A DNA stretch of 64,000 nucleotides from Haplodiscus bocki (Eukaryota): positions 124,868,001-124,932,000 of the forward strand of contig OZ296650.1 in the NCBI GenBank assembly GCA_965655095.1, given 5' to 3'. Below are positions 53,637-64,000 of the stretch, one piece after another (positions within the stretch are counted from its first letter, which is position 1; each line of letters starts with the position of its first letter). The notes beneath the pieces were generated by a model that ran no database searches, was not told the DNA's origin, and saw only the letters and a program-made list of their open reading frames with translations. The position numbers were made by a program, and so were the translations under genes.

Positions 53637-54445
53637 TATAGCGACCGTTACTACTTTATTCTGCTACTTGGCTAAAATCAACAGGGCGTCCCTCGCGTAA
53701 TCCATAAACAATAGCTCAAGACTTAACTTGTGAATCGAGTACCTTCGATGGTACTTGATAATACTTGACAAAACTTTAGCAAAACTCCATAGTTACCTTA
53801 TCGGCAAAACAATGTATAATCATAATATTCAAAACAAATCGTACTAACGTAATACAAAGTACACTCACTATATTTAAACACAAAACTTTAACATTTTATA
53901 TTTCGTTTGTAAAGAGTTCTTTGCCTATACAAAATTACGTTCAAGCAGTTCTAAAAATATATTACGTTCTCATCTTTCAAACATTGAACAATTCATACAA
54001 GCCTTCCAGAACTACCTTTAAATATTGCATTATTTGACGTTGATACCTTGATTTGTGTGCTTGATTAGGAGACCTTCGCCCCTATAATTCACTATTTTTA
54101 ACTTATTTATAACGATAGAAAAGACCGGGAATTGACCAAAACATAACAAGCCAAGCAGTCTAGAAACCAGTTGCAGTAATATCCAACAAAGTTAACCACA
54201 TTTCTTTTCTGCAGTAGCCAGAACTTTTACGCAAGTTGAAAATAATGTAAGTGTTTGTTTCTTCATAACGAAATAGCAAACCTTGTTAATTTATATCTTT
54301 AATTATTGAAGTTTTTGCCAGAGAAATTGCAAAAAAAAGAAAAGCACAATCAAAAAAACCTTTTGAAACAACCGTCCGCGCATCGGATAGAAAAATAGAA
54401 AAAAACTCTAGTCATAGTTTTAACAGCAAAATCACGGTTGTTAAA
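53637..54445 (+). repeat. 3' LTR
   Basis: Direct repeat of 43426-44217; similarity ends after CACGGTTGTTAAA. Confidence 0.9.
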
Positions 54446-56206
54446 CTCAAATGCAATTTTTCTAGCACTTGACATTTTTCAATAATGAGAATTGTTAGAT
54501 AGTGTAATAGAAAGAGTGTCTCCCTTAGTTCTCCAAAATTTCTTTCTATGACAAACTTTCGAGCGGTTCTTGTTTTAAAACAGCAAAAAAAATTGATCCT
54601 TGCATTTAACCCATGAAAACAAAAATGGGCCCCAAGTGTCCACAGAAAAATCAGAACTAAAATACCATGCAATTTGATGTATCAATCCTGGAATTTTTCG
54701 AAGGTTTAAGACAAAAACGAATTGGCTGGCTTCACAGAAATCAATAATTTTGATCAAACATCACTTTAAAAACAAGACAGAAATTCTTTCTTGAGCACTT
54801 CAAATCTTTCTTGAGCGAAAACAAAATCGATGACGCAAGAGCTGCGCGCTCACTGGTTGGTTCCCATTTTCAACTTCTTGATCATTGCATTTCTCTAAAA
54901 GGCAGTTACGCTTTTCAGTTCATTGTATAAAAACTGAAAATTGAAACAAAGAAAAAACAGACATTAAGGATGTTCGGTATAAAGCGTTCGGAAATTGGCA
55001 TCGTAAAAACAAAAAATTGAGTCAAGGGAGGATTGACTGATGATCAACAAAAATCAGAGAATAAAATGGAAATAAAATTGACAAACTTCAGAGAATTCCA
55101 ACAATTAAGACTCTTGAAAATGAACAAAAACCACAGACGCCCGTTGATTCGGTAAGAATTTGAATGGAAGTACTGCACCCCGCTGCCCAAGTTCACAACT
55201 TTATGGCTCAGACTGCCTGTCTTCAATTGCTTTGCCAAAAACAGTAAAATCAATAGGTCTTAAGCCAATCACTTAATTCCTGAAAAGCCAATTTCACTTT
55301 TCCTATCAGTGTCTATATTGCCCCTTCGTGGCTCTGATATTAAATACACACCCAGTTTATTTCATAACAAACATTATCCAATTTAAAAAAAAAGGAAGTT
55401 ACGTGTGATAAATACAACACAGAGGTGAAGCGGAACTTCGCAGCACATTCTGGTCAGTTGAGATCAGGGATAAACAGTAAAGATACCGACAGACATTTGA
55501 AACCATCGGAGACATGTAGACGTTTTCAAAAATATTACACCAGCTGTCCATCAAACGTTTGTTCGAAAAAGTCTAATCAGACAAGTACCAGTAAGAGTGT
55601 CTCCTATTCAAATAATTGACAGAGTGTCAATCATGTCTTTTTTGGTTACGCCATTTAGCTGATCAATGCTTAAGAATTTGCACATTTCACAATTCAAAAA
55701 TTAACAAGTATCTGCGACACTGTCCCAAACTCAAAATACTGATATGTCAAACATGACCTTTTAGAACGCTATTGTTTATTTTTCAGAACAGTGTTAAAAA
55801 ATAGCACTACTGAGAAAACATACATCACGTACCAGCCAGATGTCTCAGAAAAAGTCGTTTTTGGCCGTTTACACAACACCACTAGACTCCCTGGTGACGT
55901 CAAAAAATGCATTTTTTTGCACAGGATAAAAAAACTCCAAGAAAGCCGTTTCCAATGCATATTCATTCCATCAGTCAGAATGTGCAAAGAGGCAAACATG
56001 TCTTAATATAAGTGAGAAGCTTTGATCGTCTAAATTACGTTGAAAACCAATGAAATTTTTCTAAATAAATGATTGGAAGGTAAAATACATATTTTTTTCA
56101 TTGAATACTAATATTCTAGTACATTTAATTTTGGGGTATTTGTTTCCTGAGTTTTTTTAGCAATACAGGGTCCTGTTTCTTATAGACGTGTTTTTTATAA
56201 AGAGAA

Positions 56207-56625
56207 CTAGGTGTGTTTGTTTTGAGCCTTCTGAGACTGAGGCTGGTTGTAGATGACAATAGCGGCTATAACAAAAAAAGTTCCGCACATGAATTGCGCA
56301 TTAATTTGGAAGTGGAACAAAAAACAGGATCCAATGCAAGCACCAATGATAGCAGCTGCACATGCAAAGCCTTTCAAAATATTGTCAGCATATTTGACAA
56401 CCATAGACACAAGAAGACCCCCGGCTCCCTGCAACACGACCACGAAATAAACGCAAGGCGTGAAACCATGGAAGTAGCCACGGGTCACAATGTCATCTCG
56501 GTCCTTGATCAAACTGACCAAAAGTCCCATTAAGATTCCAAAAGCTGCCAGTTGAATATTAGCCAACCAAATTTCTTTTCTCTTTCCAAACTTCAGCATC
56601 CGTTCAAACCAAACGCCAGCGAAAC
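56207..56625 (-). CDS. Last coding exon of an SLC35A-family nucleotide-sugar transporter (UDP-Gal/UDP-GlcNAc, SLC35A2/A3-like)
   Basis: Acceptor TGTTTCTGTAG|GT TTC GCT GGC. Translation GFAGVWFERMLK..IWLANIQL..RGYFHGFT..QGAGGLLVSMVVKYADNILKGFA carries the family signature motifs. The frame is intact to TAG at 56207-56209. Confidence 0.93.
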
Positions 56626-57643
56626 CTACAGAAACATCAATTCTTAATGATTAACTTCCCAGACAAGGAAATCAATAATTTAATGTTTTCTTTCAAGTTA
56701 TAACTAAAAAATGAACATAAGCACCAACAGCGGTAGGCATTAAACGATAAGAACTTCGAAGTGAAAAAAATGCACTCTGTCACACCGTTTCGCCTTGAAA
56801 AAACTAATGAAATGAGCGAATTCAGCAAAGTCTCCCGTTGCGTCGAACAGCCGAAGCGCGTCGAACAGAAAAGTGTCGCAGATTTCGGAGCGTTTTAAAA
56901 TTTGAAAATTTTCGGAAGTCCAAATAATGTCATACCATGAAATAGCAAATATGTGGCTTAATTGCACAGCTTTGTTGTCGTTATGAGTGAGAATTTTCAC
57001 ATCAAAACTTACTTAATGTAATAAAAACAAAGCCAGTGAAGATCAGGCAAAAAAATGTAGCGTCCTGGATTCTGAATACGTACTGTGTCAACTGTACTTG
57101 CCTTCTTTAGTGTAGTGGTTAACAGCAAAAGACGGGAGTCCGGCGACGACGTTCCCAAATAGGATCAAATTTTTTGATCCGTATTTCGTACCAACTTCTA
57201 CTCTAAAGAAATTTGTTTTAAGACACCAAAAAGCTTAATTTTCTTTCAGTCAGTTTTTAGGTTTTTTATGCACAACTTTTTCAGATTCAAAACTTTCGGG
57301 TATTACCGCATAGTTTAACCTCATTTTCAAAAATATCCAAAAGTTCCGAAAACATGATTTATCTTTCAAAAACGTTTAAAATTACAATATTTGATTATAA
57401 TTATTGAACAAGAAAAATCATGGAAATTACTCTAAGACGAATTGAAACACAATTTCTAGCAACCTTAACCTGGTCTTTCCGGGTCCTAAAATAACAAAAA
57501 CATCTCTCCCGGAACCTCTTTTTTATTTTTCGCCGTATATGAAACATACAAGAAAAATCATTCATTCAGTACAGTGTACAGTGGGGTCAAATTTTCTTTT
57601 TTTTTCAGTGCCAAACTGCCAACTCTTTTTAATCAAAGATAAA

Positions 57644-57713
57644 TGACAGCATTAGGGTTAGGACAACAGCGTTCTCAAGCAGTAGGTTTGGGGTTCGAGT
57701 CTCTGTTGTGCCA
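57644..57713 (+). pseudogene. tRNA-Glu(CTC)-like pseudogene or SINE-like head
   Basis: TAGGGTTAGGACAACAGCGTTCTCAAGCAGTAGGTTTGGGGTTCGAGTCTCTGTTGTGCCA parallels tRNA-Glu TAGTGGTTAGGA..GCGCTCTCACCGC..GGGTTCGATTCCC. It has a B-box-like GGTTCGAGTC; stems are imperfect and the D-arm is shortened. Confidence 0.5.
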
Positions 57714-57737
57714 AATATTTTTACGATTTATCCAACA

Positions 57738-58740
57738 ATTTTCGATACCCGCAATTAGTGAAATACTAAGGGGTTCCCCCACGGCATTTTTCGGCACTGT
57801 GAGACAAAAAATTTTCGACGAAATATTTTGTTACCCCCCCCCCCCTCACCCTTCTTATCCATAAACTTTTTCGCTGCCAGAAATTTTCTGAAACACAGCA
57901 TAGAAGGGGACCTCTACGAAATGTTTCGGTACTGTGAGAAAAAAAAATTTCGACGGAAAATCGTGACATAACCCTCTGAAGTAAAAATTTTTTCGATACC
58001 CGAAATTAATGAAAGACTAAAATGTTCCCCTACGAAATTTTTCGGCACTGTGAGACAAAAAAATCGACGGAAAAATTTGATACTCCCCCCTCCAACCTTC
58101 TTACCCATAAACTTTTTCGCTACCAGAAATTTTCTGAAACACAGCACAAAAGGGTTCCTCTACGAAATGTTTCGGTACTGTGAGACAAAAAATTTTCGAC
58201 AGAAAATCGTGACATAACCCTTTGAAGCATAAATTTTTTCAATACCCGAAATTAATGAAAGACTAAAGAATTCCCCTACGGCATTTCTCGGCACTTTGAG
58301 ACATAAAATTTTTGACGAAAAAATTTGTTACCCCCCCCCCCACCCTTCTTATCCATAAACTTTTTCGCTACCAGAAATTTTCTGAAATACAGCACAGAAG
58401 GGTTCCTCTACGAAATTTTTCGGCACTGTGAGACAAAAAATTTTCGACAGAATATTGTGATACTCCTTTCCTCCTCCTCCCCTCCCCCTCCCCCCCCCCC
58501 CCCCCCCACCTCTTATCCATAAATTTTTTCAATACTAGAAATTTTGTGAAACACAAAAGGGTTCCCCTACGAAGTTTTCCGGTACTGTGAGACAAAATCG
58601 TGATACCCACCCCCTTTGTTATCCCTAGCATTTTTCGGTACCAGAAACTTTCTGAAACACAGAAGGGTTCCTCGACGAAATTTTTCGGCACTGTGAGACA
58701 AAAATTTTTCAACGGAAAATCGTGATACCCTTTTGCATAA
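57738..58740. repeat. Tandem repeat of ~8 monomers (106-159 bp) with A/B alternation and poly-C tracts
   Basis: CGG(C/T)ACT(G/T)TGAGA at ~57792, 57927, 58043, 58173, 58289, 58421, 58580 and 58686. Confidence 0.9.
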
Positions 58741-59599
58741 AGTACAGAAATCAGTGGTGGAATTGATGTTTTTAAAAACTCTTTGAAAACAAAATTCAAA
58801 ACAGTAGTTTTGTTTTGAACCGTTTGCAAAAGTTGATCAAAATATTTGTAGTTGGGCGAAAAATATTTTGGTGCTAGCCGGCCGTCTTGTGCCTAATCCT
58901 TTCAGTCCAAAAACGCCGAGAAATAGTACTGATTTGTCAGCGAAACTACCTGCTAAATCTACTGCCGTCGTCTGTCGACATTGATGGAAGACACCTAGAA
59001 GGTAATGTCGACAGCTCTCAACTTGTAGGACATTAAAAATTTGGAAGTTGTTCTTCCCATCAGAATCCCGCCACGCTAAATACGTCAGTGTTATTCATTG
59101 GCTATAAGGGAGTCTTCACTATTCTCAATTTTCAGAGTCACACGTCCCCAAGTTTCCTGGTGTGATTTCTTCCTTCACGGCCCCAGTCGACAATTTTGTA
59201 CTTGTTGACACACATTCAACACTGAAATGCCTAGTTTTGATTATGACATGGGAAGCCTGATAGGCTGAACAAGCCAAGAGTTACAATCAACCTTTTATTT
59301 TTTCGAAATTCCACATAATTATAACGTTTTGATCAGTCCACTGGAAGCCTCACACGCCGAACAAGCCAAGAATTGCAATCAGCATTGACTTCCTCAATTC
59401 TCAAACTCACTTTTCTGCAAAACATCTTGCAAGGATTCAATGAAGAGTTAGCCACTTGTCAAAGGGTATTCAACACTTGACAATTGGGATTTTATGCATT
59501 GCATTGGAATCTTCAGAGACAGCAAACGCACAAAAAATCCATTAGTATTACCTTTTTTTGGATTTTCACTCACTTTTGCCTAAGAATATCGGCTTGAAT

Positions 59600-60130
59600 T
59601 CTTATTATGTCTCAATTGACAGTTTTCAACTTATAGAAGCGTTGAACACTAAGCTTTCGCAACTCCTTCCTTGCATTACAACATTACAAATCTCAGAGAC
59701 ACAAAATGTCAAAAAACTCTGTTAGTATTGAGTTTTCTCGAAATTTCATATTCAGTTTTCTCCAAGTTTGATACCTCGATTTCTTCCATCAAATCTTTAT
59801 TCGCCAACTTTGTAAGATAATTGAAAAAAATCCTGTTTTGTTCAACGAATCGGATAATTGGTAGGTCGAAACTACAAAAAGTGCTATTTTCATGTCCTGC
59901 ACACTTCAGACTCAATACTCTCGAAGACTGGTAGCTGGATCTCTTCTAAAGACCTGAATCGAAAGCTGCGACTTTGCTGAAAGTTTTTTTCATAAACAAG
60001 CTTCTGTGCTGCAGAGGAACCATGCGCAGAAGCGCTGCTAAATGCGATAAGTAATGATATTGATTGACATTCAAATTCAAGTTTCTCCAAAACTACCGGT
60101 TTGATTTCCTCCATCCAGGCCTGAATAGAC
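59600..60130 (-). repeat. Diverged inverted monomers of the ~177-bp satellite family
   Basis: Minus-strand CCTGGATGGAGGAAATCAAACCGGTAGTTTTGGAGAAACTTGAATTTGAATGTCAA (~60120-60065) resembles 41638 CCCTGATGGAAGAAGTCGAGCCGGTAGTTGATGAGAAA. Further monomers lie near 59940 and 59790. Confidence 0.55.
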
Positions 60131-60994
60131 AGTTTTCAACTTGTTGAACGTTATACCACACCAAAATCTCCTCAAGTCGTGTTAGTTGCATCAAAATTAA
60201 GTAGCCTGATGAGTCCAAGTCCCATAAGTAACAAATTTTGATGTCATTGATTTTTATGTAGCATTACCCGCACGATTTTGTCTATCAAGGTCTACTTACC
60301 GCTTTTTAATTATAAAAAGTCATTGGACACGGAAACCTCACATTGGTCCATTCATTTGAAACTCTGCTTGCTAAGTTTGAAAAATCAAAAACTGCAACAC
60401 GTATCCTCCCCTCCTACAAGAAACTTTTCACGCCGGAACTACCCGCTGAATTCTTCGCACCAAACCGTCCTTCGACAACCCCTTCCCGTACAAAGTAAAT
60501 TCGTAAACATTTCCCCGTTTTTCAGCCTCGATCCACAACACTGATAGGCCGAAAAGTCCGAAAATTATGGCAGTTTGCAAAAATTCTATTACGGAAAGTG
60601 CAGGTATCTTAACCAAATTTTGTGAAGTTTCTCTGATCGACACTTTTCTGCTTGTTTTCCATTAAGCAATTTCGCTGGACTTAAGATTTCATTCTTCCTA
60701 TCTGCAGCGGAGATGACAATTTAATTTTTCCAAAGGCCTTTTTTTCAATTTAAAGGAAATTAGGAAGATTATAGGAATTTTCTCTTATTTGCAGAGAAAA
60801 AATTTTTCCGAAAACGCAAAATTTATTGTCTTATTTTAGCGTTATCTAAGCTATTTTCATAAAAGTTTCTCCTGACTCGTTTTGATAGTGGTGTCAAGGA
60901 CTGGTTAGATCGGTAAGTTCGTGTCGCATTGACTTGACCAGGAATTCGGATTCAAAATTGAGCATTTGGGATTAAACAGAACAAGACACCCGGC

Positions 60995-61478
60995 AACTCT
61001 GGGTTACTTTGCGCCATCCAACATTTTTAAAGATGCCTTTCAGAAGGATGAAAGCGTTTTTTTTTTCAAAATACTCCGTTTATCATAATTTCTAATTTTT
61101 CCAACTTAATTTTTTTCTGATTTTGAACCAAAAAACCTCAAAAAAAAGGTGGAAAGACATTTTTAGGAAACAATACCAGTTGAGACGCATTCCGGAAAAA
61201 TTTGTCACATTTAGCGATTGCGAAAAACTTCAAGATTTTTTCGAAAAACCCATCTATTTTTTCAAAAAAACCCAAATTTTGAACGTTTTCAGATTCTTAT
61301 AACTCCAGTCGCATTCTACGGCGAATTTGCTACAAAGTGGTTAAAAAGCAATTTCAAGTTCAGACCCGAACAAACTGCTGATGTTGGCGTGAACGCAAAT
61401 GGCAAACATCAGGTCAAAAGACGAACCCATTTGAGAGGATTTTGCTTCCATAATTTAAATACGGCGCAAAATAACAAT
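60995..61478 (+). mobile_element. Diverged copy of the ~0.5-kb dispersed repeat
   Basis: Same ordered motifs as the reverse complement of 6890-7390, e.g. CAGTCGCATTCTACGGCGAATTTGCTAC at ~61306. Confidence 0.6.
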
Positions 61479-61489
61479 TTACATTAAAA

Positions 61490-62264
61490 TAGCCTAAATT
61501 CTTCCTATAAAAACTTTAGTAACTAATAAATAAAAGGACAAACTTCTATACCGATCACATCGACTCCGCTGTATCATAACAGGGCCTTCAGAATGTGGAA
61601 AATCATATTTTCGCACCAAATTAATTTTAAATATTATTAATGAAATGACAAAATATTCATCTGTTCCCCATCTTAACATCAAGATTTATGTCAAAAATTG
61701 ATCAAATGTTTTTGTAACTACATACCGACATTTATAACCCCAAATACTTTGAATGAAGAAGATTTAGGTCCAAGAAATGGTGAAATAGTTAATGATAAAG
61801 ACTTTGAAAAATCAGAAACAGAGATAGAGACTTTTGAATCAATAGAAGATCTAAAATATCTACAAGAATACGATTCTAATCAATCAATTGTTATTATTTT
61901 AGGTAGATTAAACGAAAAAGGAAAAAAGGATGTCAGAGTTCAAGCAATTTTTATACGATCTAGACATAAAAACAGATCAGTTTTCATAATCAGTCAAGAC
62001 TATTACGAACTTCTAAAAAGAACTAACAGAGCTAATGGAAATATATATCATATACTCAAACCAAACAATTTCAGAGATGTTCAAAATCTATATCAAGACA
62101 AAGCAAGTATGGATATGACACCTGATAAATTTAAATTATTAACATCCAGTTGTTCGGATGAAAAACACCAACCTCCCACTATTGATACGACCGAAGATAA
62201 ATATGTAGGTCGCTATCGTTTAGGATTATATTCTACATTTGTTCCAAATAAAAAACCTCTTTAA
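61490..62264 (+). pseudogene. A32-like (FtsK/HerA superfamily) DNA-packaging ATPase
   Basis: RCIITGPSECGKS (Walker A, 61582-61605), a frameshift, then DKIFICSPS*HQDL. Degenerate Walker B SIVIILGRL, followed by FIRSRHKNRSVFIISQDYYELLKRTNRAN, typical of Polinton/NCLDV A32 ATPases. Confidence 0.88.
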
Positions 62265-62312
62265 AACAGTTGAGGGTGTAAAACAGTCTCTGGGTATCTT
62301 AATACCCGATAA

Positions 62313-63212
62313 ATGAGAATCCATCCTAAAGTAAATGAACAAGATATGATTAACTTAGCTACATTAGCAGAACAACAGAAAAATAGAAGAGCTAATAAAA
62401 TCAAAAAATTAGTTTCAAAACAAATTGAAGATTAAAAAAGTAGCGGAAAGCTTTGAACCTATAACAAAAAAATCAACAGAAATGAATGAATCTACTAAAA
62501 AAGAAGAGGTTTTTAAAAGGAATTCTGGAAATGAAAATAGTCAACAGTTAGTTCCTATTGAAATTAAATTAAACAATTCAGAGGATGAAATCGATAATAT
62601 TGCATCTAATATAAAAGCCCTTCCAAATATTTCTATATTAGCGACTTAATGAGAACTGTAGGTGCATTAATGCAGAGTCCCAATTCTTTAAGTATAAAAG
62701 CTACACCACCCGGAGCAAGCATTCTTGGAGTTCCCATTGAGACATTACGTACTAATAAATCAAAAATAGATGATAATGTTCACGATTTCACTCCTGAAAT
62801 ACATGAAGCTCTTTCTTCAATAGAATATACCGGTAACAAAATGGAAGAAGATAGTGATTTTTTTAATGTTAGACTTTATTTCAAAAGATGTTGGATATAC
62901 TGGTGACGGCGATAGATCTTCGAAAGGTAAAACTTTCTTTATAGGGGATCTTCCTTAAAAAGTTGCAGAAATTGAAACCAGAATTGTAAATGAAGACGAA
63001 GTGAACGATCTACCAGTTGAAGGAGTAAAATTATCCCCTCGATTATTATTGGTATTTGGACTAAATTGGAAGTATCACTAGGATTAAAACCATCAGGACT
63101 TACCAATACTCTAACGGAGGCTAGTAACCAAAGGGATGAATTATATAAGAGAGGTGAAATAAAAAACGCGCGACAATACGGAAATGCTCTTGATAAGTTT
63201 TATACCAATTAA
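62313..63212 (+). pseudogene. Uncharacterised Polinton-like ORF with N-terminal coiled coil (disrupted)
   Basis: MRIHPKVNEQDMINLATLAEQQKNRRANKIK../VAESFEPITKK. Fragments at 62425..62649 and 62649..62906. Ends TAA directly before the next ATG. Confidence 0.5.
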
Positions 63213-63987
63213 ATGGAATTACCGAGCAAACTTTCAGAGCGAATTGCTTTCAAGACAGACCTAAAATAGAGGAGCATATGTTGATTGTTATGGATAAATC
63301 CATACAAGAAGAAAAATTATCTCAACCACTACAAACTAATAATAAACAATTTAAAATAGCTGTCACATTTCTAACACCTTATAACGGTCTTTTTAATGCT
63401 ACAAACAAAAACAATAAATTCTATTTCACAACATCGATTAACCATGATGATTTCAATATAATTACCATCTTATAAGGAGCTTATGAATTGGAGAGTTCCA
63501 ACGATAAAATTAAACGAACTATCAGAAAAGAAGGTTTTTTTACAGAAGAAAATTATGCATTTGTAATCATGCCAAAATTCTCAACTTTAGCTAGTATTAT
63601 AGAAATTGAACCTAAATTGATAGATAGTCAAATCAGTTTTGTTCAAGATGATAGTATACGAGGATTTGATCCAGTTGTAATATATGAAACATATATTCTA
63701 TCACCTCATCCAGTTGATATTTCATGCTTTGATAAAATTTTCCTTGAAACATATAGTGCTCAAGGCATGATTTTTAAAGGTAAACGATCTGGAATCAATC
63801 TTAATTTTTCAATGGACGTGGATCCTGTATATATATGTATACATTGCAAAACTTTGTGGAGGCTTTCAATGGTTATATGATGGAGAGTAAAGACAATTAC
63901 AAACATCAGCTTTAAAATGAAAATGGACAATTGGTTTCTTTTAACGGTCAAACTATTATTTTCCGATTAGCAGTTGAAGAAACTTAA
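63213..63987 (+). pseudogene. Minor capsid (penton, single jelly-roll)-like protein
   Basis: YNGLFNATNKNNKFYF..IITIL*GAYELES..PKFSTLASIIEI..ISF..DDSIRGF..SPHPVDI..IFLET..GMIFKGKRSG..FSMDVDP..NGQTIIFRL follows the recalled Polinton minor-capsid motif order. Confidence 0.68.
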
Positions 63988-64000
63988 TGCATTTACATGC

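Larger units (their letters stand above)
43426..54445 (+). mobile_element. Decayed Ty3/Gypsy (Metaviridae)-type LTR retroelement with env-like and accessory ORFs
   Basis: Two ~0.8-kb direct repeats and a PBS. Gag CCHC, protease, RT, RNase H and integrase N-terminus appear in PR-RT-RH-IN order, with many stops and frameshifts. Possible 4-bp TSD GTCA (43422-43425) / CTCA (54446-54449). Confidence 0.93.
61490..64000 (+). mobile_element. Decayed Polinton/Maverick-like (polintovirus) segment; continues beyond window
   Basis: Very AT-rich, intronless, tightly packed same-strand ORF remnants that include an A32-type ATPase and a minor-capsid-like gene. No TIR, pPolB, integrase or major capsid in the window. 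Confidence 0.78.

Noticed and set aside
57738-58740. CRISPR-like array
   Set aside because: The sequence between conserved cores is itself homologous rather than unique spacers, there are no cas genes, and the context is eukaryotic.
57766-58829. ORFs across the tandem repeat (up to 153 aa, poly-G/poly-P)
   Set aside because: Translations of the repeat monomers and poly-C tracts.

Overview
AT-rich, repeat-dominated eukaryotic (animal-like) genomic DNA with five blocks. (1) 1-40959: a recent non-coding ~10.9-kb tandem array (one partial and three full units, a few percent diverged) plus an inverted copy at 1-5401, forming a palindrome with arms of at least 5.4 kb around a 1.58-kb spacer. The unit is a patchwork of older repeats, including a degenerate ~177-bp satellite that continues past the array end to ~41830. 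(2) 43426-54445: a decayed but LTR-complete Ty3/Gypsy-type retroelement (tRNA-Leu PBS, gag with CCHC, PR-RT-RH). It has unusually rich cargo: a TARG1/OARD1-like macrodomain inside pol, a truncated integrase joined to an env-like C-terminus, a coiled-coil plus J-domain (HPD) ORF, a possible SGNH-like ORF and an ORF upstream of gag. This is the best candidate for an undescribed system. (3) 56207-56625 (-): terminal coding exon of an SLC35A nucleotide-sugar transporter, the only intact host coding sequence recognised. (4) 57644-58740: a tRNA-Glu-like head followed by a ~125-bp A/B tandem repeat. (5) ~61490-64000: a decayed Polinton/Maverick-like virus morphogenesis module (A32-type packaging ATPase, unknown ORF, minor capsid) running off the window. 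All assignments come from manual reading and motif recall; no searches were run and identities are eyeball estimates.
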